Assembly: GCA_030390025.1 (NCBI GenBank)
Contig: CM059452.1
Coordinates: forward strand, 6,572,001 to 6,636,000
Source of the DNA: Squalus acanthias
Lineage: Eukaryota
DNA: 64,000 nt
Direction of reading: 5' to 3'
Shown: positions 38,790-51,544 of the stretch, piece after piece
Layout of the letters: each line of letters starts with the position of its first letter
Numbering within the stretch: the first letter of the stretch is position 1
Notes under the pieces: generated by a model
What the model saw: the letters and a program-made list of their open reading frames with translations, nothing else
The model's database searches: none
What the model was told of the DNA's origin: nothing
Made by a program: the position numbers and the translations under genes

Positions 38790-39990
38790 GTGGACAGTTT
38801 TGGTCTCCATATCACACTTAGTGTACTTTGCAGAGTTCCAGTCTCCATATTACACTTAGTGCATTGAGCACAGTTCTGGTCTCCATATCACACTTGGAGT
38901 GCTGAGCGCATTTCTGGCCTCCATATCAGATTTATAATACTGTGCACAGTTCTGGTCTCCACAACATACTTAGAGTATTGTGAACAGTTGTAGTCTCCAT
39001 ATCACACTTAGTGTACTGTGCACAGTTCTGGTCTCCATATTACACTTACAATTCTGTGCACAGTTCTGTTCTCCATATCACACTTACAATACTGTGCACA
39101 GTCCTGGTCTCCATATCACACTTGGAGTGCTGAGCACAGTTCTGGTCTCCATGTCACACTTAGTGTACTGTGCACAGTTCTGTTCTCCATATCACACTTA
39201 GTGTACTGTGCACAGTCCTGTTCTCCATATCACACTTACAATTCTGTGCACAGCTCTGTTCTCCATATCACACTTAATGTACTGTGCACAGTTCTGTTCT
39301 GCATATCACACTTAGTGTACTGTGCACAGTTCTGTTCTCCATATCACACTTAGTGTACTGTGCACAGTTCTGGTCTCCATATCACACTTAGTGTACTGTG
39401 CACAGTTCTGGTCTCCATATCACACTTACAATTCTGTGCACAGTTCTGTTCTCCATATCACACTTAATGTACTGTGCACAGTTCTGTTCTCCATATCACA
39501 CTTAATGTACTGTGCACAGTTCTGTTCTCCATATCACACTTAGTGTACTGTGCACAGTTCTGTTCTCCATATCACACTTAGTGTACTGTGCACAGTTCTG
39601 TTCTCCATATCACACTTAGTGTACTGTGCACAGTTCTGTTCTCCATATCACACTTAGTGTACTGTGCACAGTTCTCGTCTCCATATCACACTTTGAGTAC
39701 TGTACACAGTTCTGTTCTCCATATCACACTTAGTGTACTGTGCACAGTTCTGTTCTCCATATCACACTTCCTGTACTGTGCACAGTTCTGTTCTCCATAT
39801 CACACTTAGTGTACTGTGCACAGTTCTGTTCTCCATATCACACTTAGTGTGCTGTGCACAGTTCTGTTCTCCATATCACACTTAGAGTACTGTGTAGAGT
39901 TCTGGTCTCATAGCACACTTCCTGTACTGTGTAGAGTTCCGGTCTCCATATCGCTCTTAGAATACTGTGCAAAGTTCTGCTCTCTGGAAG
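38790..39990 (+). repeat. 38-bp minisatellite in Cmu1-Cmu2 intron
   Basis: tgtgcacagttctgttctccatatcacacttagtgtac, roughly 30 copies. Confidence 0.97.
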
Positions 39991-40102
39991 TGCCAGGTTA
40001 GTGTGAGCCTGACAGTAAAGGGCCTGTTAAAATATAAGGACACTTTGCATTTCTTAATCATTTATTTTATAAGGAATGTCATTAACATGTGTTCTTTTGA
40101 AG

Positions 40103-40420
40103 GTTGGAAACGTGATATCGTCCCTCCAACTGTGATCCTCACCCTGAGTTCCAATGAAGAAATCATCAGCAGCAGGTCTGTAACCGCCGTGTGTTCAATC
40201 ATCGATTTCCGTCCAAAGTCACTGACCGTGAATTGGCTGAAGAAAGGACAACTCATGGATTTAGGCTTCGTTACCTCTCCCGTCTTTGAAGTGAACGGGA
40301 ACTTCTCGGCGACCAGTCGGCTGACATTCCCCGCCAGGGATTGGTTCGCCGACTCAGTCTATACCTGCCAGGTCTCTCATCAAGGGGTCACCCAAAGCAG
40401 AAACATCTCCAGATCTAAGG
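40103..40420 (+). CDS. IGHM: IgM constant exon Cmu2
   Basis: [45 protein letters not shown]; AG/GT bounded. Confidence 0.95.
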
Positions 40421-40734
40421 GTAAGTGACACAACCCCGGGAAGTTCCAGATCATTCTGAGCGCCGATCTCAGTCAGGACTTTTATTGGAATTAGTAAAAA
40501 GCACAGAACTGTTTCTAATTTCCAATCATACAGTTTATGTTTCCTTCCGATGTCAGTGCTGACTCAGGGTTCCTCACGGTTCAGGATTCCATCACTTCGC
40601 CAAAGGTTTCCCTCAGCTGTGATGTCAGACAGTGAGTGAGGTGTTCTTAGTCTCAGGTTTACCCTGAGAAAGCTCTATTTCTAATTTCCAATCATGCTGT
40701 TTGTGTTTTCTTCCAATATAAAATAAAAGAAAGA

Positions 40735-41160
40735 ACTGCCTTTACATAGCGCCATTCCCGACCTCCAGACGTCCCAAAGCACTTTACCGCCAAGGAAGTA
40801 CTTCCTGAAATGTGGTCACTGTTGTAATGTAGAAATCGCGGCGGCCAATTTGCAGACAGTAAAGTCCCACAAACAGCAATGTGATAATGATCAGATAATC
40901 CTGTTGTTTAGTGATGTTTGTTGAGGGAGAAATATTGGCCAGGACACCTGGGAGAACTCCCCCGCTCTTCCTCGAAATAGTGCCATAGGATCTTTGGCGT
41001 CCACCTGAGAGGGCAGACGGGGCTTCGGTTTAACTTCTCAAGCGAAAGACGGCACCTCCGACAGTGCAGCTCTCCCTCAGTGCTGCACTGGGTGTGTCAA
41101 TTTACATTTTGTGTTCAAGTATCTGGAGTGAGACTTGAACCCACTATCTTCTGAATCAGG
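40735..41160 (-). mobile_element. Deu-domain-like tRNA SINE, inverted copy of the 6535 family
   Basis: Reverse complement similarity to 6535-6990 including cggtttaac..aaagacggcacctccgacagtgcagc. Confidence 0.75.
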
Positions 41161-41349
41161 ATTCCTCAGGTTCATGATTCCATAACCTCGCCAAAGAAGG
41201 TTTCTCTCTGCTCTGATGTCAGTCAGTGAGTGAGGTGTCCTCGGTCTCAGGTTTATCCTGAGTTGGCTGATCATATTCGGAGCGACAGTAGGTGTCTGGA
41301 ACTCTTTACTGGTAACTGTCTCGGGACCCACTGCTAGAAAGGGCATCTG

Positions 41350-42045
41350 TTCTATTTAGAGAACTGCGTTCAATTCTGGGCACCGCCCATCAGGAAGGAT
41401 ATATTGGCCTTGGATGGGCCGCAGTGCAGATTTAATAGAATGATGTGCGGGTTAGGTTGATTTGGCTATGATAAATTGACCCTTAGTGTTAGGGGGATTA
41501 AATACGTGGGGTTACGGGGATAGGGTGGGATATGTGTCGGTGCAGGCTCGATGGGCCGAAACGGCCTCTATCTGCACTGTGGGGATTCTGTGATACCGGG
41601 GATAAAAGTGTTAAATAATGAGGAGAGGCTGCACAGGATAGACTCGTATTCCTCTGAGTATAGAAGATTAAGAGGTGATCTAATTGAGGTGTTTAAGTTG
41701 ATAAATGGAATTGATAGGGGAGATAGAGAGAAACTATTTCCTCTGGTGCGGGAGTCCAGAACAAGGGGCATAACCTTAAAATTAGAACCGAGCCGTTCAG
41801 CGGTGATGTCAGGAAGCACTTCTTCACACAAAGGACAGTGGAAATCTGGAACTCTCTCCCCCAAAAGCTGTTGAGGCTGGGGGTCAACGGAAAATTTCAA
41901 AACTGAGATTGATAGATTTTTGTAAGGCAAGGGTATCAAGGGTTACAGAAACAAGGCGGGTAGATGGTGTTGAGGTGTAGATCAGCCATGATCTCATTGA
42001 ATGGCGGAACAGGCTGGATGGGCTGAATGGCCTACTCCTGTCCCA
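41350..42045 (+). mobile_element. CR1 LINE 3' fragment interrupted by an HE1-like SINE 3' piece (about 41445-41594)
   Basis: CR1 motifs RRLRGDLIEVFKL either side of gggttagg..aaattgacccttagtg..gatgggccgaa..ggcctc..ctgcactgt..gattct. Confidence 0.75.
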
Positions 42046-42751
42046 TGTTGCTATTACTGCCCTGCGGTCATATTTCCTTCTGACTGTCTCTCACCAGACA
42101 TGTTAAGTGCTCACTAATGACAGAAATGAACAAACTACTTCACATCGGCATTACACATTATTCACCACCACAAAGACCCCTTGGAACTCCATTCTCCCGA
42201 CCTTTCACTTCTCCTCTGACGGGGCCTGCAACTGATTCCTGCACATTTTCATCGCCCCCAAAATCGCAACAAGACATCAGAAAATTAACTTTGTTTCCTG
42301 TTGCACCATAAATCCTGGATTTCATTTGACACTCGGTTTGAACCAGTGTAATTTTCGTGTAGAGCTCTTGACCCTGGGGGCGGAGCCATTATAATGAGCG
42401 GGAATGCGTTCGGGCACAAGGATCTATAGACGGGCGTAAAGGAGCAAGGGATTTCGGGAAGATCGCTATTTACTGCCTAATAAAATTGCGCCCGAATTTA
42501 TTCATTTTTTACGCCGGGTATTTGCTTCACAGCCCATTACAGGAGGATCTGGGAGCAAATACACAGGAAATGTTAAAGAGTCTCCCGGAATCGTTGTCAA
42601 TTCGTTGTCCTTCCAATAACGATGGTGTTTATGCAACAGCGAGAGGTTAATCTCTCAAAGGTGATTTATTCTCCCTGAGAGAGTGAAGGCTGAATACTGG
42701 TGTCCTGATTCTGAAGATGAAGCTTTGCTTGACTTTCATTTCTGTTCACAG

Positions 42752-43060
42752 ATGAGATCCAATGCAACGATCCAGAAATCACTCTTCCGCAACCGTCACT
42801 AGAACAGGTCTTACTGGAGGCGACGGTGACCTTAACCTGCGTCGTGTCTAATGCTCCTTATGGAGTCAACGTGTCCTGGACCCGAGAAAAGGAGACTTTG
42901 AAATCAGAGATTGCCGTCCAACCCGGAGAGGCTCCCAACAGCGTGATCAGCAACTTAAACATCTCGACACAAGCCTGGCTGAGTGGGGATGAGTTCTACT
43001 GCGTGGTGAGCCATCAGGATATGCCGACTCCTATAAGAGATTCCATCCACAAGGAAAAAG
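42752..43060 (+). CDS. IGHM: IgM constant exon Cmu3
   Basis: [47 protein letters not shown]; AG/GT bounded. Confidence 0.95.
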
Positions 43061-43578
43061 GTGAGCGGTGAGATTGTAGCAATAAGTGAGACTCTGTGAC
43101 TATTTCCGGTGCTTGTGCACGGCCCAATTCGTTCTATTAAGTGTTTTAATGGACTGCTCTGATAATTCAATGGGCAATTCCACTAACTAAACCCTCTGGG
43201 ACCAGAGATGATGCATTTAAAGGGAAGCTGGATAAGTTAATGAGGGAAAAAGGAATAGAAGGATATGTTATTAGGGTTAGATGAAGTAAGGTGGGAGGAG
43301 TCTCGTGTGGAGCATAAACAGCGGCATTGACCAGTTGGGCCGAATGGTCTGTTTCTGTGATGTGAATTCTATATAATTTTCCAGTCCAACTCTTCAAGCT
43401 CCCAGAGAGAAGGATTGTATCCTCCTCTGCTCCGGGCTGGAAAACCGGACAGGACACAGAGGGGGAAAAGGAATCCTTTAAAATTCAGCGCAAAGCACAT
43501 TTCTCTCACATCTAACCGCCGGTTTCATTGTCTCTGGAATTCTCCAGTTTATTGACCTTTATTGTAATTGTTCTGCAG

Positions 43579-43970
43579 CTAAACATCCGCGGGAACCGTC
43601 CGTGTCTGTCCTCCTGCCCCCGGCAGAAGAAGTCTCCGCTCAGAGGTTCGTCAGCCTCACCTGCTTAGTGAGAGGTTTCTCCCCCCGAGAGATCTTCGTC
43701 AAGTGGACCGTCAATGACAAGCCGGTGAATTCCGGCAACTACAAGAACACCGAGGTGATGGCGGAGAACGGCAGCAGTTCCTTCTTCATGTACAGCCTGT
43801 TATCCATTGCAGCGGAGGAGTGGGCCAGCGGCGCTTCTTACTCCTGTGTGGTGGGACATGAAGCGATCCCCTTGAAGATCATCAACAGAACGGTTAATAA
43901 ATCCAGCGGTAAACCCAGTTTTGTCAACATTTCCCTTGTTCTGATGGACACCGTCAATTCTTGTCAATGA
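43579..43970 (+). CDS. IGHM: IgM constant exon Cmu4 plus secretory tailpiece
   Basis: [62 protein letters not shown]; tailpiece N-glycan site and penultimate Cys; internal donor after 43908. Confidence 0.97.
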
Positions 43971-43998
43971 GAATCTCTCGATTGCATTTCAGTTCTTG

Positions 43999-44014
43999 AA
44001 TAAAAACCAATAAA
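43999..44014 (+). promoter_or_regulatory. Secretory-form polyadenylation signals (2x AATAAA)
   Basis: aataaa at 43999-44004 and 44009-44014 just after the stop. Confidence 0.8.
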
Positions 44015-44399
44015 GGCCTTTTCTTCCAATCGTCAGTTACACACACAGCCGCTCAATTAATTTTGTTTCCCATTTTTGCCAAGGGGAGGGCTGTTTATCT
44101 GAAGCAGGATATTTGCCGGTCTCGGGCCCAAGGCTTGTACAGCCAGCGCTCCCAGCTCAGATACACCACGGGTTAGAGACAGACTGAAGCTCTTTCATGA
44201 CAGGATTCCTCAAAGTCACTTCAGCAACTTTCGTCCCGCTGGGGGGAATCTAAAAGTTCCCATTTCAGACAAACAAACGCAGCACATTTAGATCTCGGTG
44301 TCCCTGTTTCCCGTGTTGTCCAACCCTTCAGAATTGGGGCCAGTTTTATTTTGCAGCATCGCACCCTCTGGGATCTGAAATAAGGCCACACACGAACAC

Positions 44400-45825
44400 G
44401 AACTGTACCCCCACTCCCCCACCAGAGAGAGGGGAAAGGGTAATTGTTAACCCACTGTACCTCCACTCCCCCACCAGAGAGAGGGGAAAGAACATAAGAA
44501 ATAGGAGCAGGAGTAGGCCAATCGGCCCCTCGAGCCTGCTCCGCCATTCAATAAGATCATGGCTGATCTGATCCTAACCGCCAATCTACTATCTACTATC
44601 ACAGAACCATCTCCTGCATCTAACAGAATTGCACACACGAAATAGGAGCAGAATCAGGCTACACGGTCCCTGGGCCCGCTCCACTACCCACAGGGCCATG
44701 ACCGATCCGAACCTAGACTCATGTCCAAATTCCTGCCCGCTCCCCGTAACCCTTAATGCCCTTTACTTCTAGGAAACTGTCTATTTCTGTTTTAAATTTA
44801 TTTAATGATGTAGCTTCTACAGCTTTTTGTGGCAGCATATTCCATGGACCTACCACCCTCTGAGTGAAGTAGTTCCTCCTCATCTCAGCAATTGTTAACC
44901 CACTGTACCCCCCTCTCCCCCACCAGAGAGAGGGGAGAGGGCAATTGTTAACCCACTGTACCCCCACTCCCCCACCAGAGAGAGGGGAAAGGGTAATTGT
45001 TAACCCACTGTACCCCCACTCCACCACCAGAGAGAGGGGAGAGGGCAATTGTTAACCCACTGTACCCCCACTCCCCCACCAGAGAGAGGGGAAAGGGCAA
45101 TTGTTAACCCACTGTACCCCCACTCCCCCACCAGAGAGAGGGGAAAGGGCAATTGTTAACCCACTGTACCCCCCACTCCCCCACCAGAGAGAGGGGAAAG
45201 GGCTATTGTTAACCCACTGTACCCCCACTCCCCCACCAGAGAGAGGGGAAAGGGCAATTGTTAACCCACTGTACCCCCACTCCCCACAAGAGAGAGGGGA
45301 AAGGGCAATTGTTAACCCACTGTACCCCCACTCCCCCACCAGAGAGAGGGGAAAGGGCAATTGTTAACCCACTGTACCCCCACTCCCCCACCAGAGAGAG
45401 GGGAAAGGGCAATTGTTAACCCACTGTACCCCCCACTCCCCCACCAGAGAGAGGGGAAAGGGCAATTGTTAACCCACTGTACCCCCACTCCCCCACCAGA
45501 GAGAGGGGAAAGGGCAATTGTTAACCCACTGTACCCCCACTCCCCCACCAGAGAGAGGGGAAAGGGCAATTGTTAACCCACTGTACCCCCCACTCCCCCA
45601 CCAGAGAGAGGGGAAAGGACAATTGTTAACCCACTGTACCCCCACTCCCCCACCAGAGAGAGGGGAAAGGGCAATTGTTAACCCACTGTACCTCCCACTC
45701 CCCCACCAGAGAGAGGGGAAAGGGCAATTGTTAACCCACTGTACCCCCACTCCCCCACCAGAGAGGGGAAAGGGTAATTGTGAAGCCACTGTACCCCCCA
45801 CTCCCCCACCAGAGAGAGGGGAGGT
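44400..45825. repeat. 52-bp minisatellite, interrupted by a CR1 3' end at about 44490-44890 (-)
   Basis: aattgttaacccactgtacccccactcccccaccagagagaggggaaagggc tandem; LINE piece MRRNYFTQRVVGPWNMLPQKAVEA. Confidence 0.95.
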
Positions 45826-46189
45826 GAACCAATCTCTATTATATGAACTCAGTTGCCATCAGTAAAAAGTCAGCTTTAACTCACAGTCTAAAAACGTTAA
45901 AGTTGCCGGATGAGAATCATATTGTAAAATAAATATTTATTCAACAACTTATCTTTAACTAGTGTTTGGGGTAAATCTGTCCCTGTTATTCATAAACTAA
46001 CAGATTGAATTTTAATAGTCCAAATCTGAACTGGTGATTGAATCCTCTGCGGGTTTCTCACGGTTGTGTCCCTGAAGATTCTGAGGCCCATCGGCTGACG
46101 TCACATTGCGTCTCACACAGAACACATTTCCACAGAGCGGGGAAGAATGCGTGTAAAGTGAGTGTGTCTGTGTTTATGTGTAAGTGCTT

Positions 46190-46960
46190 TTGCGATTTTG
46201 TGTGTGTGTGTGTTTTTTGTAAGTGCACACTTACACATAAACACACACAGACTTACACATAAACACACGCATTAACACATTGACATAGAATATTACACAT
46301 ACCCAGAATATAATACACACCGTCATTGTCAGACCCAGTTATTGGTACTCTCTGAAACTTTGAACAGTACCGGAAATACACACGCGCACACCCTTAAACA
46401 AAACACACACAAACACACGCATTAACACACACACACTTACACACCCATAAACTCACACATGAACACAAACACACACACACAAACACACACTTACAAACAA
46501 ACACACAATTACACAGAAACACTCACACGCTTACACCTGAACATACACAAACACTTCCACATAACCATAAACATAAACATAAACACACACATGGACGCAC
46601 ATACACAAAAAACAAACACACAATTAAACATAAACACATTTACAAATAAACTTACACACAAACACACACACAATTACAAATAAACACACACACTTATACA
46701 AAGACTTACACATAAACATACACAAACTGACAAAAATACACGCACACTTACACATAATCACACACTTACACATAAATACACATATATAGAATTACACAAA
46801 CGCAAACTTAAACATCAGCACACACACAATTACACATAAACACACGCACACACACTTACACATCAACACACACACACTTACACAGCAACACACACATTAA
46901 CACACAAACACAGACTAAAACAAAACAAGAGATTGTTATACACACATACGCAAATACGAA
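46190..46960. repeat. CA-rich low-complexity region
   Basis: Imperfect (CA)n/(ACAA)n. Confidence 0.9.
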
Positions 46961-47601
46961 TGCGCGAAAAAACCTCAGGCTATAGACGATTGTAGAATTA
47001 AAATGCACTTTTTGAACGAGCACAGTTTCCAACGATTGTTCTGAATGAATAATTCCTGATACCATAACATCTCACATTTCTCTATTCTGGTCCTACACAT
47101 ACACTGAATCAATGTTCTTGTTGGAAACTGATACAAGTTAATTATGTTCAGAGCACTGCCATAACAAATAAATAAACAAGATTATAACTCACATCTGATC
47201 TCTTACCCAGCCCCATTGACAGTCTCCAAATAAGTAGCTATCTAAACCTATCGTTAAAATAATCGATATCAATCAGTAAACCTCCCTCGATATTTCATCA
47301 CATAATTCCCGAATGATAGATTGTACGAAATTGATGCAAAATCAATTAGCGTGTGACATTGAAGAAAAAACTGTCGTTTTTTCCAGCACAGACTATAGGA
47401 GGATCATAAAGGAAGAGCGACTGTGGAGTTAGGAACAGAGATAGATTGCTGAGAGTGATTAACTTAACTCAAGATATACATTGAAAATTCAATTAGAGAA
47501 CAAACTAATACCTTAAGGAAAAGAAGAGAATATATAATAATAATATGATATCTTGGATTAATAAAGGATCTGAATATATTTCCGCCTCTACATCCCCGTA
47601 G

Positions 47602-47729
47602 ATTCCTCAGACCACATCTTGATTGAAGACTATGAGGAAGAGAGCGGCAACATCTGGACAACCGCTTCCACATTCATCATCCTGTTCTTCCTGAGCATGG
47701 CCTACAGCGCTGCCGTCACTCTAGTGAAG
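47602..47729 (+). CDS. IGHM: IgM transmembrane exon TM1
   Basis: DSSDHILIEDYEEESGNIWTTASTFIILFFLSMAYSAAVTLVK; antigen-receptor TM motif; AG/GT bounded. Confidence 0.95.
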
Positions 47730-47869
47730 GTGAGAAGATTCAATCCACTCACACTTCGATCTGACTGAAGCGGTTTGACAAATCTCTAAAAGTTTCATTG
47801 ATAAAAACCCTGAGATAAATGCCCCAAACCACTAAATCTCTGCTTCATTCTTTTATCCCTCTTTTACAG

Positions 47870-47878
47870 ATCAAGTGA
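47870..47878 (+). CDS. IGHM: IgM transmembrane exon TM2 (IK-stop)
   Basis: cttttacag|atc aag tga; aataaa at 47942 and 48335. Confidence 0.88.
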   Translation: MK

Positions 47879-48689
47879 ACGGTTGAATTTCGGACGCCGT
47901 GGATTTTCCTCATCTGTTTATTAACATCTCTGTGTCCTGAAAATAAAATATGTCCTCTTGGTGATTCTCAGAGTCAAATGCCTTCAGTTAATAGATCCGA
48001 ATCTGTAGCTGAGAAAATCATAACCGGGATTTCCGTCTCTCTGTTTGAAATGTGTGAGATAATCGTGGCTATAATGTAAATGAATCTTAGAGTTTCACCG
48101 TTGTTTGAATATTTCATGTGTAAATAAGTCACTTTTCTCATTCGTAATTCACAATTGTTCCCTTCCCTTTATGTAGAGCCCCTGTTTTCTCTCCCTGGTG
48201 TCTGTTACAGTTGTACAGATAACTGGCAGCTCAGACCGCCTGTGTTCTGGTCTCAATGTGACGCTCTGTTGTTATATTCACTTTGTGTTAACTTTTTAAA
48301 AACTTCACTGTAAATTGTTCTCTGTGAAATTGTTAATAAATCTGGAATGACAAATTGACTAACTTGGACTTTGCTGAATTCCTTTCTCCAAGGCTGCTCC
48401 ATACCGCTCCATTTTCCCTATCACACTTTGTTTTATTTCCCTGACAGGTATTTTTCACCCGTCCTGTCTGGGTTGTGTTTAAACCCAAGTCCCTTCGGTT
48501 AAGGAGCCACTGCGCCACATAGTGCCCCATCAGAGTAAAGACACCTTTACCCGTGCCTTTTTATGTCAAGACCCAGAGGCGGAATGACTGCATAGCGACC
48601 AACAGCGACCAGGCGCACCACGCAGTCTTCTCTAATATTATGGTCTGTAACAGTGACATGCCAGGTTCTAATAAAGAGCATTACAGTAC

Positions 48690-48895
48690 ATGGCAGAGTA
48701 AATCTCCCTCTACACTGTCCCATCAAACACTTCCAGAGCAGGTACACACTTGTTAGATACAGAGTAAAGCTCCCTCTACACTGTCCCATCAAACACTCCC
48801 AGGGCAGGTACAGCATGGGTTAGATACAGAGTAAAGCTCCCTCTACACTGTCCCATCAAACACTCCCACGGCAGCTGCACACTTGTTAGATATCT
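48690..48895 (-). repeat. Three inverted copies of the 67-bp minisatellite unit
   Basis: agagtaaagctccctctacactgtcccatcaaacactccc. Confidence 0.9.
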
Positions 48896-51544
48896 GACAC
48901 AGACACACTGGGGAGCACAAACCCTGGAAATGATTCTCAGAGTCTGGGGCCTATCCGGCACACAGGCTCTCTCTCCAGCTTTTCTGTTATACACACTCAG
49001 GCACTCTTCACTTTACTGTTATAAACACAGAGATTCTGTTTCCAACTTCTCTGTTATAAACACAGACTCTCGAACTTCCCTGTTACACATTCACTCTTTC
49101 TCTCCACCTATTCTGGTGTATACGCACACAGACACCCAGGGCAGAGAGGAAAGAAGGAGAGATTGTATTTGAGGGAGAGGGGATTAGGATCACGCGGTGT
49201 CCTCAGGTATATTTGGTCACTGCTGGACACAGGTTGTGTGACAGTCGGACAAAATCAAATTCTGATGGAATATCGTTCTAGTTTTGTTCAGGCCAAGTGA
49301 GCGAGTGTAGCCCTCCTCTCGGGGAGGGCGCTATAGAATGTATTTTTTGTTTTGGATTAGACCCTTTAATGGAGTCCCGAGTCCAAATGGTCCACACAGA
49401 CCAATGAAAGAGTAGGCCCAGCACTGGGGTAACCACTTCCAACCCTTCTCCAATCTGAGCCACACCCATTTACCCTGACCATCTGTCTCCTGTATCCCTG
49501 ACGACCTTTCTCCCTGCTCTGCTCCATTCCCTCTTGTACCATCTCCATGAACTCAGTGAACATCACTACTGTGTACCGCCAGTGACCTTCAGATCTCTGA
49601 TCCCTGTTTCCCTGTAGTTTTGCTCCACGTCCTTAACCGGATCCTCGGGCTCTTTCGATGCCTCCCCGCCCCGGGAACATCTCCAGAGGTTTCTGGCCAG
49701 ACCCGAGTATCTTCTGGCATTCTCCTTTTGATGCAGTGCTGCTTTCCCTCTGAGCTCCTGGAGTCCAGGCGCGAGGTCTCCTGTGGTTGACTATAAGATC
49801 GGGTTGAGGAACGGATGAATTAGGCGGCCCTTCTGAAGGGCTGAGAAGGAACATTGCAAATGGATGGAGTTGCTGTTTAAACTATGTCTCTGCCCCAATT
49901 TCTCTCCCTCCCCTCAAAGCGACAAATACCTTCAGCCACCATTGCTGTCTCTCCCGGCTCTGTATCCTGTCCCCAGGCTCCGAGAATATCGGGTGGTGCA
50001 GGGCCCATTGAAGACTTTCCGAGCTGACCCCCCAGGGTCACAGCCCTGGGTCAGGGGTCATAGGCTGCACACACGCGGAATCTTTAGCGCTGACCGGAGC
50101 CTGGAGACTGCCCGTGACCTCTGACCCTCAATGAATGTGAAAAACAGCCAATCGCGGTGCTGTGACATGCGAAAAGCATTGTGGCGTCATCCAGTGCAGG
50201 GCAAAGCGGTGACGGCCATGTTTGTGTGACGTGCGGTGTGACGTGTGACTTCAATTCCCACAAAAGAAACGGTCTCCCTTTCTTAATAAAAAGGAGAAAA
50301 TATGAGACAGAAATAAAGATACAGACAACAATAATTGAAGCGGTTGGCGAGTTGCGCATGTGCGAACAGTGCTCCCAGGGAGCAGCACGGCCCGTGGTCT
50401 ACATTGGGCCTATTCTGGCCCGCTGTGCATTGTGGGAATCACTGTCCTTCATGGCTGCTTAAATCACTGACAGGGTGTGAGCCAACTGAACCACTGAATA
50501 GCAATTTATTACAGCCTCCCTCGGGGAAACTGCCACACAGTCAGAGTTCTCCTTACAGGCCAATAGCACTTGGTCAGATTTATTGCAGGTTAACTGACGC
50601 ACGGAAGTTCAATGAGGCAACCAGTGACCGGAACAGCAAGAATAGCGAAAGAGATCAGAAATCTCTCTATTTTCTCCACAGATCTCCCGAAACATTCAAC
50701 TAATTTTCTCTTTCATGTCCTCTCCCATTCGGTTGTGGGTTTCCAACACCTCTGTTTTCAAGCTTGGAAAGTGTCATCTAAATATAGTGAAACTAAAATA
50801 GAGTAATGGGTCGGAGGATTTCCCGAGCACCCCAATACATTAAGTACTTGGTTTTGAAGGAATACACGAGATGAAATAACACACACAGGCAGAATATGGG
50901 AACCAGATCCTGTCCCATTAACGGAGCGACCAGCAGGAGGTTCCTGGCCCTGTCAGCAACCTCTTTCTCGGAGCTGATCTTAACATTATTCACTGACCTG
51001 TCTGCAGTTCCTGTTTATGGGAAGCTGGGTTAGAGCGGTTCTGAATTAATATGCCGTGCAGCAGTAAAGGTTTTATATCGTTAAACTAAAGACTGGAAGA
51101 AGAAAGTCCATACGATTAGTAAAGAGTGGAGACAAGGGATGAGAAGAGACAGGCAGGCCCGGAAATTACATCAAAAGACAAAAGGTGAGTTGTGGAACCA
51201 CAGACATGATTGCTGAAGTTCATTTTTAGTATAAATGCGAGTTGAAATCACAAACTAATATAATTCGGCCAGGGGACCTCACCTGTTCTTGTTGAGTGCT
51301 GTGTTTTTTTGTACTTTTAAGGAGGTCCGTGTGACTCTCACTGTGGAGGCTGAATTATTGCTTCTGGTTATCGGTGTGAGAGCGCCCTCTCAGTGGGCGT
51401 TTTGGTACACTAGGGACGTTGAAAAGTTACAATTTATGCTCATTGAGGTTCCTTCCAGATATTGGGCTTCTGTTGGCCACTGCTTGAAGGAGTCTCCAGA
51501 ACTCAGTTCTGCAGAAAACATTCCTGGTTTCCCATGGAAACAGA

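Noticed and set aside
38980-40001. Multiple 60-110 aa ORFs (also 44719-45865 and 21431-21619)
   Set aside because: Translations of minisatellite units with no splice or domain evidence.
49280-50120. Possible unknown gene in ORFs 49366-49566 and 49864-50124
   Set aside because: RQMVRVNGCGSDWRRVGSG resembles degenerate CR1 RT; no exon structure.
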